A stretch of 53,751 nt of DNA from Alphaproteobacteria bacterium (GTDB lineage: Bacteria > Pseudomonadota > Alphaproteobacteria > CAAHEQ01 > UBA3637). The notes under the pieces are model-generated. The model was given only the letters and a program-made list of their open reading frames with translations, was not told where the DNA came from and ran no database searches. Of this stretch, positions 32,072-41,399 are shown in pieces. Within the stretch, counting starts at the first letter, position 1. Each line of letters starts with the position of its first letter. The stretch spans positions 1 to 53,751 of the forward strand of contig JAFTEW010000038.1 of the NCBI GenBank assembly GCA_017453485.1, written 5' to 3'. Position numbers and translations under genes: made by a program.

Positions 32072-32398
32072 ATGTCAGAAAGTTTGGTAGAACAGGAAAA
32101 AAACTTTAATATCTTAAAAAATCCGGCCGGGGATTTGATGATTCTGATTCGGGCCCGGTTGGATGATTCCAATCACCCCAAGATTATTTACAATGGCGGA
32201 AAACATGCCGTTCTATATCGCAATGATGGAAATGTGGTTGTTTTGGATTTTATTCATCCGTCTGTTCGGGCTGATTTAGAGCGAGTTTTAAATCTGTTGG
32301 TTGTGGAAGCGCATGACGGCTCAATTATTCGGGAATATATGGCTGAGGTCAAGCATATGAAAGAAATCCCGCTTCCAAACGGATTACAGTTAAATTAA
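32072..32398 (+). CDS. Hypothetical protein (paralogue of 43352-43687)
   Basis: GAGG SD, monocistronic, shares motifs with a second ORF in the window. Confidence 0.75.
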   Translation: MSESLVEQEKNFNILKNPAGDLMILIRARLDDSNHPKIIYNGGKHAVLYRNDGNVVVLDFIHPSVRADLERVLNLLVVEAHDGSIIREYMAEVKHMKEIPLPNGLQLN

Positions 32399-32411
32399 AC
32401 AAGTTTGAAAT

Positions 32412-32442
32412 AAAAAAAGGATGAAGCAATCATCCTTTTTTT
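32412..32442. terminator. Bidirectional terminator overlapping the murA stop
   Basis: AAAAAAAGGATGA-agcaa-TCATCCTTTTTTT. Confidence 0.75.
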
Positions 32443-33698
32443 TCTTGCTTAAAACGAACAATATCGGCTCCCAGGGCTGTTAATTTTTCTTCAACACGAT
32501 GATAACCGCGATCAATGTGGTAAACCCGTTGAACAATGCTTTCACCCTTGGCGACAAGACCGGCTAAAACCAATCCGATTCCCCCTCGTAAATCAGAGGA
32601 AGTCACCGTTGCGCCTGACAATTCTGATACCCCGTGTATCAGTATGTTTTTGTTATCAATAATCTGTATATTTGCCCCCATACGATTCAATTCCGGGACA
32701 TGCATAAATCTGTTTTCGTAAATGCGTTCTGTGACCAAAGAATCGCCCTTGGCAACCGAAAGCATTGTTGTCAACAGTGGTTGGGAATCTGTCGGGAAAC
32801 CCGGATATTCAGATGTTGTAATCGGTGTTGCGACTAAATTGGCATGTGTGGCATCCACCAGCAAGCCATCTTGTGTTTGAGTTAATTCAATTTGGCTGGG
32901 GTAAAGTGTTTCGGCAACGGATTGCATCAATGATATATCACCGCCTTTGATCATAACTCTGCCCCGCGTCAGGGCAGTGGCAACCGCAAAAGTAGCCGTT
33001 TCAATACGATCGGAAATAACCGCATAATCCGTTCCGTGTAATTTTGAAACACCGGTTATGGTCAATGTTCGGGTTCCGACCCCTTGGATATCGGCTCCCA
33101 TTTTTTGAAGCAAACGAATCAAATCCACAGCTTCCGGTTCAAGAGCCGGATTATGTATAACTGTTATCCCAGGTGTCAAGACGGCCGCCATAATCGTATT
33201 ATGGGTTGCCCCGACGGAAATTTTCGGGAACGAAATTTCGGCGGCATGAAGGGGCCCCTTAGCCACGACATAACCATTATCAATTTCGATGGTTGCTCCC
33301 ATTTTTTCCAGGGCTTTAATATACAAATCAACGGGGCGTGCCCCGATGGCGCACCCGCCTGGCAGGGATACTTTTGCTTGATGAAAGCGCCCCAACAGGG
33401 GACCTAAAACCCAAAAAGTAGCGCGCATTTTTGATACATAGTCATAAGATGCAGTTGTACAGGTTATCTGGCTGCATTGAATTGTTATGGAATCAGCATC
33501 TTGAACAACGGATGCTCCCATACTGGTTAACAGATCAGACAGAGTTAAAACGTCCGATAAATAAGAAATATTATGCAAGGTAATCGGCTCATCTGTTAAA
33601 AGGGCTGCTGCCATTAAAGGTAAAATAGCATTTTTAGCTCCTTTTACCTGAACCTGACCGGATAAAGTCCGACCGCCGTTTATTTTGAAGGCATACAT
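32430..33698 (-). CDS. murA: UDP-N-acetylglucosamine 1-carboxyvinyltransferase
   Basis: GAKNA.LP, MRA, LPGGCAIGARPVD, SVGAT, PGFPTD, ENRF.H, DLRGG, HIDRGY. Confidence 0.97.
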   Translation of the reverse strand: MYAFKINGGRTLSGQVQVKGAKNAILPLMAAALLTDEPITLHNISYLSDVLTLSDLLTSMGASVVQDADSITIQCSQITCTTASYDYVSKMRATFWVLGPLLGRFHQAKVSLPGGCAIGARPVDLYIKALEKMGATIEIDNGYVVAKGPLHAAEISFPKISVGATHNTIMAAVLTPGITVIHNPALEPEAVDLIRLLQKMGADIQGVGTRTLTITGVSKLHGTDYAVISDRIETATFAVATALTRGRVMIKGGDISLMQSVAETLYPSQIELTQTQDGLLVDATHANLVATPITTSEYPGFPTDSQPLLTTMLSVAKGDSLVTERIYENRFMHVPELNRMGANIQIIDNKNILIHGVSELSGATVTSSDLRGGIGLVLAGLVAKGESIVQRVYHIDRGYHRVEEKLTALGADIVRFKQEKKG

Positions 33699-33847
33699 TT
33701 TTTCTCTCTTTCCTGTTTCTGCTTTTTTCTGGCTTTTAAATTACGTCGCAGAGCTGCTGCCTGCTTTAAAAAAGATTCCATCTTTTTGTCAGAAAGTGAT
33801 AAGTTTTGACGAGCCTGTTGCTCAAAATTATCATTTTGTTGCTGCAT
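33680..33847 (-). CDS. 55-aa basic small protein (ALRxNLxxRK motif), absent from the ORF track
   Basis: Hand translation MQQQNDNFEQQARQNLSLSDKKMESFLKQAAALRRNLKARKKQKQEREKKCMPSK; overlaps the dtd end and the murA start. Confidence 0.7.
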   Translation of the reverse strand: MQQQNDNFEQQARQNLSLSDKKMESFLKQAAALRRNLKARKKQKQEREKKCMPSK

Positions 33848-34286
33848 GTGGACTCTCTATAATAAAAGTAGCCGGGCCATCATTTTCAATGTGAACTTGC
33901 ATATCGGCCCGAAAAATGCCTTGCTCAACCGGGACATCTAAATCGGATACCTTTTTTAAAAACAGATGATACAATTCGGCCGCCCTTGTCGGGTCTCCGG
34001 CCCCGATAAATGAAGGCCTTCTACCCTTGATACAGTCGGCTAACAAAGTAAATTGCGAAATGATAAGAACCCCACCACCGATGTCTTTGACGGACAGGTT
34101 CATTTTACCAGAAGAATCCTCAAAAATACGTAATCCGACCAATTTATTGGCCATCCAATCCAAATCTGATTCAGTGTCCGTCGGGGCAATCCCGGCCAAA
34201 ACACACAGACCGCGTCCGATACTTCCGACGACTTGACCGGCGACCATAACAGATGATTCTGTGACACGTTGTATAACTAATTTCAT
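33831..34286 (-). CDS. dtd: D-aminoacyl-tRNA deacylase
   Basis: VIQRV, LRIFED..GKMNLS, SQFTL, GRRPSF, NDGP.T. Confidence 0.96.
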   Translation of the reverse strand: MKLVIQRVTESSVMVAGQVVGSIGRGLCVLAGIAPTDTESDLDWMANKLVGLRIFEDSSGKMNLSVKDIGGGVLIISQFTLLADCIKGRRPSFIGAGDPTRAAELYHLFLKKVSDLDVPVEQGIFRADMQVHIENDGPATFIIESPHAATK

Positions 34287-34347
34287 GGGTCAAAATTCTA
34301 TCAATATCCTTTATTTTTGTCAAGAAAATATTTCTTCTGTTTTTAAA

Positions 34348-34376
34348 TTGACATTTTATTTTTTCTTTTATATAAT
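34348..34376 (+). promoter_or_regulatory. Consensus sigma70 promoter
   Basis: TTGACA (34348-34353), 17-nt spacer, TATAAT (34371-34376). Confidence 0.8.
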
Positions 34377-34399
34377 CGTATTCTGGAAAGAGGTTATTG

Positions 34400-34615
34400 A
34401 TGATAAAATATACAAGGCAGCATCAGGAAAATTGCCGTTTCCAACCGCAAAGTCGGTTGGGACGCACGTTGGCCTCTAACTTAACATGGACGGTAGACGG
34501 GCGTGGTCATCGCATCAAAATGACCGATCAGAGCGGCGTTGTATATGATTTGGATCGGCAAGGTCGAATTATTCGCATGACGGATAGTCAGGGACGGATT
34601 TTTAAATTAAAATAG
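34400..34615 (+). CDS. 71-aa microprotein with two YD/RHS-like repeats
   Basis: VDGRGHRIKMTDQSG and LDRQGRIIRMTDSQG; AAGAGG SD; consensus promoter. Confidence 0.65.
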   Translation: MIKYTRQHQENCRFQPQSRLGRTLASNLTWTVDGRGHRIKMTDQSGVVYDLDRQGRIIRMTDSQGRIFKLK

Positions 34616-35008
34616 TTATTTCGCAATTTCTTTTATACGCTCAATCATAGCAAAAAAGCCATTACGTCGGGTAGGGGATATATGTTCTTCTAATCCCAAT
34701 TCGCGAAAATATTTGGCAATATCCAACTGCTGTATTTCTACGGCGGTTTTACCATTGACAAAAGTTAGTAAAATAGCCTCTAATCCGCGGACGATATGAG
34801 CATCACTGGTAGCGTTAAAGACAAATTTATCTCCTTCCTGACGATAAGTAAACCACACCTGTGACATACAGCCGTTTACCTTATTTTCTTCCGTTTTGTC
34901 TGCTTCGGCAAATGGGGGAAGATTATCCCCCAATTCGATTAAGTAACGATATTTATCCTCCCAATCGGTCAGATAAGCAAAATTTTCAAATAATTCTTCC
35001 GATGTCAT
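34616..35008 (-). CDS. sufE: SufE family sulfur acceptor
   Basis: DWEDKYRYLIELG, VNGCMSQVW, SDAHIVRGL, ISPTRRNG. Confidence 0.93.
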   Translation of the reverse strand: MTSEELFENFAYLTDWEDKYRYLIELGDNLPPFAEADKTEENKVNGCMSQVWFTYRQEGDKFVFNATSDAHIVRGLEAILLTFVNGKTAVEIQQLDIAKYFRELGLEEHISPTRRNGFFAMIERIKEIAK

Positions 35009-36408
35009 TGAAGAGCATGTCCATTAATCATAATTGAATCGTTTTCTACCTTAACAGTAACGATGTCCGTTGTTGAACCGTCTGGGTTTATGATTCTTTT
35101 ATCATTGTCAATAAAACGCCGAATACTGTCTAATTGCCCACCTTGTGGCTCACAGGCCTGACGCACAACATACTCGGCAACCATTCGCCTCGATTGTGCA
35201 TCCGTTTCCTCTGGATTAATGGCGTTCAATTGGGCTTGTGCTTCATCGCATTGTTGTTGATTGACAGCCGGCGGAGGCGATAGCTTATCTAAGTTTGTAA
35301 AGGTAACGGTTAAATCAATATCCGGTTGTGGGGTATCGTTTTCAACTTTTGTGGCGATGGTGCCTCTGACAGAAATACCTCCATCCGAGTTTTTAGCCTC
35401 TAACTGATTGACATTCAAAACAATATTATTTGCTAATTTTTGCATTTCCGCTTGAACTTCATCGGATTTTTCCGTTTGATTTTTTATCTTATATAATTTT
35501 TGTAAATCATCTTTATTTAGACCGGATATATCAATATTTAAATTGATTTCCGATGGAATTAGTTGCTGGGTCGGAATCATTTGACGAATATCCGAATTTA
35601 AGGCAATCTTATCCATCTTAACGGTTAAAGTAATAATATCATCATGATAGGCCCCGTTCATATCAAAGGCAGCAGAACCCAGTGCATCATTTAATCCAGC
35701 CTGATTAACAAAAATAGCCGGAATTTTAAATTGATAGGTTGCTTGCTGGCTTGATAAAACCTGTTCCAAACCGTTTCCGGAAATGGTGCTACCGACTATA
35801 TCATCCTGATAGGATAAAGACGGAATTAAAACGGCCAAAGAATCAGCCGTAATACGGATATTGGAAATATCCTGTGAATCGGAACGGTCCATCGTATTTT
35901 CATCAATGGCACGAACAAGTGTATCGGAAACAGCTTCCCCAACCGTAAACGTAAACAAATTTGGAACAGATACATTTAAATCTTTAATTTTTTGTGAATT
36001 GTTTGATATTAAGTTGTAATGAGGTACCCAAATCGTATTGGAAATAGCCTCGGAAGTCGTAAAGGTCGCATCCGGCAGTAAATCTTTTAAAAGAGCCTGA
36101 ATATTTTCAAAGATTGATTCAATCTTATATTGACTCTGACCGTTAAATTCACCGGCATAGGTCAAATGAACGGTGCGCGCCGGTATTTGTAAATTATCCT
36201 TGTTAACAGCTGGCAACGTTAAATTAAAGTCCTGACCATCAGCGGTAACGGTTATTTGATTCAGGTCAAAAATTTTGCCCAATTGTGTTTGTGTCGACAA
36301 AAAATCAGTAAAGGATTTTTTGATGGAATCAGCCGTTTCTGCCGCAAAAGCAACTGTTGTAGTCAGCAAGCAAGCCACAGCACAGCCCAAGAATAGTGAT
36401 TTTTTCAT
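35005..36408 (-). CDS. Secreted/periplasmic hypothetical protein, beta-rich
   Basis: Signal peptide (..AFA); C-terminal 'VKVENDSIMINGH' recalls YdgA/DUF945- or DUF2125-like proteins. Confidence 0.6.
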   Translation of the reverse strand: MKKSLFLGCAVACLLTTTVAFAAETADSIKKSFTDFLSTQTQLGKIFDLNQITVTADGQDFNLTLPAVNKDNLQIPARTVHLTYAGEFNGQSQYKIESIFENIQALLKDLLPDATFTTSEAISNTIWVPHYNLISNNSQKIKDLNVSVPNLFTFTVGEAVSDTLVRAIDENTMDRSDSQDISNIRITADSLAVLIPSLSYQDDIVGSTISGNGLEQVLSSQQATYQFKIPAIFVNQAGLNDALGSAAFDMNGAYHDDIITLTVKMDKIALNSDIRQMIPTQQLIPSEINLNIDISGLNKDDLQKLYKIKNQTEKSDEVQAEMQKLANNIVLNVNQLEAKNSDGGISVRGTIATKVENDTPQPDIDLTVTFTNLDKLSPPPAVNQQQCDEAQAQLNAINPEETDAQSRRMVAEYVVRQACEPQGGQLDSIRRFIDNDKRIINPDGSTTDIVTVKVENDSIMINGHALQ

Positions 36409-36518
36409 ATTTAATCTCTCCGTAAACTAAAAAAAGTAGTTGTAATATACGACTGTTTCGGGAATAAAATCAAGAACTTTCTTGCTTTTTTTTGAAAAAT
36501 ATGATACAAAAATACTTC

Positions 36519-37196
36519 ATGAAATGGCAAATACATCATTTTGAACAGGTTTTAAGCACCAATGAACTTGCCAAAGATTTCCCGCCGCAAAGTGTTATCA
36601 TTGCCGATATACAGACGGGTGGTCGTGGAAGATATGGGCGTGTTTGGGAAAGTCCGATGGGTAATTTATATTTATCCGCAGTTGTTCGGAATATGGGTCA
36701 ACATACTCCGTTTATGGCTTTTGTTGCCGGAATAGCTGTTGCGGAGAGTTTGTCCGATTTCGGCGTCAGGTTAAAATGGCCGAATGATGTATTACTTGAT
36801 GGAAAAAAATTAGCCGGTATTTTATTGGAACAGACGGATGACGGACGTCTGATTATCGGAATCGGTGTTAATGTTTTGACCGCGCCAAACAAAAAAATGC
36901 TTTATCCGACAGCTGATTTATGTGGAAAAATATCTCGAGAAAAGCTTGCAAAGCGAATCCTGGATACTTTATCTGTTTATATGGATTTATTGCTGGAAAA
37001 AGGATTTGAACCGGTTCGTAAAAAATGGTTGAAATATGCTGATGGTATCGGACATGCAGTAAAAGTGAACTTACCCCACCAAGTGGTGGAAGGTATTTTT
37101 AAAGAAATAAGCCCGAAAGGGGAACTGATTTTGGAAACCCGGGACAAAACAGTTCAAAAAATAACGGCCGGGGATGTGTTTTTAATAGGAAAGTAA
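36519..37196 (+). CDS. birA: Biotin--protein ligase (group I, no HTH)
   Basis: STN, QTGGRGRYGR.WESP.GNLY.S, KWPNDV, KLAGIL, AGDV. Confidence 0.95.
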   Translation: MKWQIHHFEQVLSTNELAKDFPPQSVIIADIQTGGRGRYGRVWESPMGNLYLSAVVRNMGQHTPFMAFVAGIAVAESLSDFGVRLKWPNDVLLDGKKLAGILLEQTDDGRLIIGIGVNVLTAPNKKMLYPTADLCGKISREKLAKRILDTLSVYMDLLLEKGFEPVRKKWLKYADGIGHAVKVNLPHQVVEGIFKEISPKGELILETRDKTVQKITAGDVFLIGK

Positions 37197-37198
37197 TA

Positions 37199-38872
37199 AT
37201 GGAAGAAAAGAAAGAAATGGTTATTCCACGGGATGATTTCGTTTTTATCCCTTTGGGTGGTGCAACCGGTATCGGTATGAATTTTTTTGCTTATGGGTAT
37301 CAGGGAAAGTGGCTATTGGTTGATTGTGGTGTCGGATTCCCGGGGGATGGTTTGCCCGGTGTTGATGTCTTGTTGCCCAATCCCGTGTTTCTGGCAGATA
37401 AAAAACAAGATATTGTCGGGTTGGTTATTACCCATGCCCATGAAGATCATATTGGTGCTATTCCGCATTTGTGGAGAGATTTACAATGCCCAATCTATGC
37501 AACGCCGTTTGCGGCAGAATTGATTGAAAGCAAATTAAATGAATCCGGATTGTTGGGGCGGGCCGATTTGAATGTGGTTGAACGGGGTAGTGAATTGGAA
37601 TTGCCGCCGTTTGATATTGAATTTATTTCAATGTGTCACTCTATTCCGGAACCGAATGCATTGGCTATTAAAACGCCGAAGGGAACGGTTGTTCATACAG
37701 GAGATTGGAAGCTAAATCAAGATCCGATTTTGGGTCAGGAAACGGATGTGGAAACCCTGAAAAATTTAGGTAAAAGAGGTGTTTTGGCACTTGTTTGCGA
37801 TTCGACCAATGTTTTCGGTGAGCCGACAACGGCAACAGAATCAGATGTCCAAAAGACATTAACGGATTTAATCGGGCAATACCCTGACAAACAGATCGCT
37901 GTGACCTGTTTTGCCTCTAATGTCGCCCGTGTTAAAGGAATTTATCAGGCCGCCAAAGCCAATGGTCGAGATGTTTGTCTGATGGGGCGGAGTTTATGGC
38001 GAATGGATGCGGCAGCCAGAGCAACCGGATATTTCCATGATATTCCGGAATTCCTATCCGAACGGGAAGCGATGGAACGCCCCGTTGGCACTGTTCTTTA
38101 TATTTGCACGGGCAGTCAGGGAGAATCTCGTTCGGCTTTGGCATCGTTATCAACAATAACGCCGATAAGAAATTCTGTTTATTTCGGTCCGGATGATGTT
38201 GTTATCTTTTCTTCACGTATTATTCCGGGGAATGAAAAAGCCATTGCTTTATTACAGCGGAAATTAAAAGCCAAAGGTTGTAAAATTATTACGGATCGTG
38301 AAGAAATGGTCCATGTATCCGGACATTATGCCGGTCAAGATTTACAACAAATATATCAATTGTTGATGCCTAAAATTGCTTTACCGGTCCACGGGGAATC
38401 TTTGGAACTGAATGAACATGCCCGGTTGGCAAAAAAATGGGGAACGCCTTATGCCTTTGCATTGGAGGATGGCGAAGTTCTAAATTTATCCGAAACACCG
38501 GAAATATTAGGGCAGGTAGAAACGGGTATTTTGGCTGTTGACGGAAAACAAATCTTACGCTTGGATTCCGAAGTTATCAGAAAACGTCGAAAAATGATGG
38601 ACGATGGTTCTTTTGTTGTGACGCTGGTTGTTGATCGGACCGGGACCGTTCTGGGAGAACCACAGATTTCAACTTTCGGTTTATTGGATACCGATAATGA
38701 ACAAAAAGCAGAACTTATTCAACGTATTAAAGATCAAATTGCCCAGTTAGAACCTGGTGATATTGATTTTAACAACCGGATTGATCAGGCCGTTCGGACA
38801 GTTATTCGTAAATTTTTAGATGAATTTTATGGGAAACATCCGTTGATTGATGTTCATTTGGTTAGGGTTTGA
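37199..38872 (+). CDS. rnj: Ribonuclease J
   Basis: PLGG...IGMN, THAHEDHIGA, HSIPE, HTGDWK, DSTN, TGSQGE, HVSGH, PVHGE. Confidence 0.95.
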   Translation: MEEKKEMVIPRDDFVFIPLGGATGIGMNFFAYGYQGKWLLVDCGVGFPGDGLPGVDVLLPNPVFLADKKQDIVGLVITHAHEDHIGAIPHLWRDLQCPIYATPFAAELIESKLNESGLLGRADLNVVERGSELELPPFDIEFISMCHSIPEPNALAIKTPKGTVVHTGDWKLNQDPILGQETDVETLKNLGKRGVLALVCDSTNVFGEPTTATESDVQKTLTDLIGQYPDKQIAVTCFASNVARVKGIYQAAKANGRDVCLMGRSLWRMDAAARATGYFHDIPEFLSEREAMERPVGTVLYICTGSQGESRSALASLSTITPIRNSVYFGPDDVVIFSSRIIPGNEKAIALLQRKLKAKGCKIITDREEMVHVSGHYAGQDLQQIYQLLMPKIALPVHGESLELNEHARLAKKWGTPYAFALEDGEVLNLSETPEILGQVETGILAVDGKQILRLDSEVIRKRRKMMDDGSFVVTLVVDRTGTVLGEPQISTFGLLDTDNEQKAELIQRIKDQIAQLEPGDIDFNNRIDQAVRTVIRKFLDEFYGKHPLIDVHLVRV

Positions 38873-38876
38873 TATA

Positions 38877-38907
38877 AAGAAAGGGTGCCGTTGAAGCACC
38901 CTTTCTT
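38877..38907. terminator. Bidirectional terminator between rnj and ddh
   Basis: 12-bp stem AAGAAAGGGTGC-cgttgaa-GCACCCTTTCTT. Confidence 0.85.
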
Positions 38908-38914
38908 AATAATT

Positions 38915-39823
38915 TTAATAACCTTCCAATTTTTCTTCTAATGTCGAACCGGCCAAATAATCAATCAAGGGCCGTTCAATAAAGGTATAGGTTCCAAATT
39001 CATTTCTTTCTCTTGCCGCAATACAAGCCCGTACACAAGAAACCATGACATTAGCGGTTAATTCAGGATTATTCCCTTCAATGGTATAACGCTGATTGAC
39101 TTGCATACCGGTGCGTTCCAAGTCACCTTCATGATGTAATGTGTTATATTTATCAATTTTTTTAACAAATAATACTTCCGTCGGCTCATTGCGAAAATAA
39201 GAATCGGCTTGAATGGTTTTTGCCACTTTTTCCGGATCCGCTCCGGTGACCAATTCGACATAAACCCGACGTTTTTGTTTACCCCGTCCGTTGGCCAGAG
39301 TTAATGCTACGGCGTCTTTAACTCCTTCAATGGCTTTGACGGCAACGGTATGTCCCATGCTACGGCCGCCTTTTTCCCCGCCGAATGTTGTTGTCGTATG
39401 ACCTGTGTAAGATGCAATCTTCATGATAGCCCGAATACCGGAATCGGTCCCCGGATCCCAACCGGTCCCGAAAATAGAAACAACACGTTTGGCTTTGGCA
39501 TTAATATCTAAGTCCTTTTTTAATGCCGGGATCCGTTCGTGTTCATCAAAACTATCCACCGTACAGATACCCATGGCCTGGTACTCTTTTACTCGTTCTG
39601 GAACTTCACGGGACGGGATGGACAACAATGCTACATCCACTTTCCCTAATTCGCGAATATCAGCCACAACCTTAGTATTTTCCAAACTTGGATCCTGTTG
39701 CTTTAAAGAAATAGGACGCCGCACGACACCGGCTAAAAATAAATCCGGATTTTCGGCAATGGCGCGCTTACAGCCCCGACCGACATTTCCCCATCCGATG
39801 ATGGCAACTGAAATTTTTTGCAT
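38915..39823 (-). CDS. ddh: meso-Diaminopimelate dehydrogenase (short type)
   Basis: IIGWGNVG Rossmann motif, TVDSFD.H, GWDPG.DS, G.SMGHTVA. Confidence 0.9.
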   Translation of the reverse strand: MQKISVAIIGWGNVGRGCKRAIAENPDLFLAGVVRRPISLKQQDPSLENTKVVADIRELGKVDVALLSIPSREVPERVKEYQAMGICTVDSFDEHERIPALKKDLDINAKAKRVVSIFGTGWDPGTDSGIRAIMKIASYTGHTTTTFGGEKGGRSMGHTVAVKAIEGVKDAVALTLANGRGKQKRRVYVELVTGADPEKVAKTIQADSYFRNEPTEVLFVKKIDKYNTLHHEGDLERTGMQVNQRYTIEGNNPELTANVMVSCVRACIAARERNEFGTYTFIERPLIDYLAGSTLEEKLEGY

Positions 39824-41286
39824 TAATTACCTCCTGACATTGTTAAATAAAGCTGTTTATAGGCCAGAGACGATTTTGACCAAGAATAATTCTGACGCAT
39901 GGCTAAATGGCGCATAAACCGAATATGTGTTGGCCGATCAAAATAAGTCGCATTAGCCCACCCGATTGTGTTATATAGTGCAGTTGCGGAAACATCTTGA
40001 AATTTAAAGCCGGTACCGACACCATAATATTCATTATAATTGCTGACGGTATCATCTAATCCGCCGGTGGCCCGCGCAATCGGTAAAGCCCCATAAGTCT
40101 GGCTGACCATTTGTTTCAAACCGCACGGCTCATAAATTGATGGCACAAGAGAAAAATCACTGCCGGCATCCATTAAATGTTCCATATCCGGTTCAAAACC
40201 GATTTTAACCGAAATGCGCCCCGGATACTTATAGGGTAGGGAAGAAAAGTAATCCTGTGCCCAACTGTCACCCTGTCCCATAATCACAAACTGGGCCTGC
40301 ATAGTATTTAAAACCGGCTCAATACATTCGGACAGCATCTTAATTCCTTTTTGTTCCGCCAAACGAACGGCCATCCCGAAAATCGGTTGTGACACGCTGG
40401 ATAATCCGGTGCGACGAACCAGTTCTTCCTTATTCTTTTGTTTACCGGCCAAAACGTTGTCAATAGAGTATTGTTCCGGAATAATCAAATCCTTGGACGG
40501 ATTCCAAAGTTGCGTATCAATACCGTTCAAAATGCCGGATAAATCCTTTTGTCTTTCACGTAAAAGAAAATCAAGACCGGCCCCGAATTCGGGCGTTAAA
40601 ATTTCACGGGCATAGTTCGGAGAAACCGTATTTAACTTATCGGCAAAACGCAATCCGCCCTTTAAGAAATTGATTCCGCCATAATCTTCAAAAGCCGATG
40701 GGTTAAAATCACACCAATCAATCTTGGCATAGGGGACCACATCCGACCCGAAACGGCCCTGATACGGTAAATTATGAATAGTCAACAGCGTTTTTGTATG
40801 GGCAAAAAACGGATCATGTTCATGCTTAATATAGTAAGGGATTAAGGAAGTCTGCCAATCGTGTATATGAACAACATCCGGTTTAAATTTTAAATCCCTG
40901 GCAACCTGTAATGCCGCCCGACAAAAGAAAGCATAACGGTAAGCATTATCCTGAAAAGCGACATGATTCCATTTATCATCGTATATGCCATTCCTGTCAA
41001 AATACTTATTAAATTCAATGAAATAAGTTTCTATGCCGGGAATGTAATCGGAACGGTGAACACAGAAAAATTCGTGGCAATTTCCCATTTCAACACAGTT
41101 TCCGTCCATGACCTTATACAGATGATATTTATGATAATCAATGGCTGAATACAACGGAATAACAGCTTTAACAGTGCACCCCTCTTTGATTAAAGACTTT
41201 GGTAGGGCCCCCACTACATCACCCAAACCACCCGTTTTGATAAACGGCGTCATTTCACTGGCGACAAACAGAATGTTCAGACTCAT
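39823..41286 (-). CDS. glgA: Glycogen synthase
   Basis: SEM.PF.KTGGLGDV, HDWQ, TIHNL.YQG, GILNGID, RL..QKG, PS.YEPCGL.Q, TGGL.DTV. Confidence 0.95.
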   Translation of the reverse strand: MSLNILFVASEMTPFIKTGGLGDVVGALPKSLIKEGCTVKAVIPLYSAIDYHKYHLYKVMDGNCVEMGNCHEFFCVHRSDYIPGIETYFIEFNKYFDRNGIYDDKWNHVAFQDNAYRYAFFCRAALQVARDLKFKPDVVHIHDWQTSLIPYYIKHEHDPFFAHTKTLLTIHNLPYQGRFGSDVVPYAKIDWCDFNPSAFEDYGGINFLKGGLRFADKLNTVSPNYAREILTPEFGAGLDFLLRERQKDLSGILNGIDTQLWNPSKDLIIPEQYSIDNVLAGKQKNKEELVRRTGLSSVSQPIFGMAVRLAEQKGIKMLSECIEPVLNTMQAQFVIMGQGDSWAQDYFSSLPYKYPGRISVKIGFEPDMEHLMDAGSDFSLVPSIYEPCGLKQMVSQTYGALPIARATGGLDDTVSNYNEYYGVGTGFKFQDVSATALYNTIGWANATYFDRPTHIRFMRHLAMRQNYSWSKSSLAYKQLYLTMSGGN

Positions 41287-41399
41287 CTCAATCCTCTCTT
41301 CCAAGATTAGTATAACCAATAAAGTTTTGGATTGCAAGCACTTTTATACAAAAAACGCAGAAAATAATTTCAATTTTTAATTGCCAATTTAAAAAGTAA

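Noticed and set aside
33685-33894. 69-aa + strand ORF between murA and dtd
   Set aside because: Antisense to both genes; the minus-strand 55-aa ORF fits the operon and carries a recognisable motif
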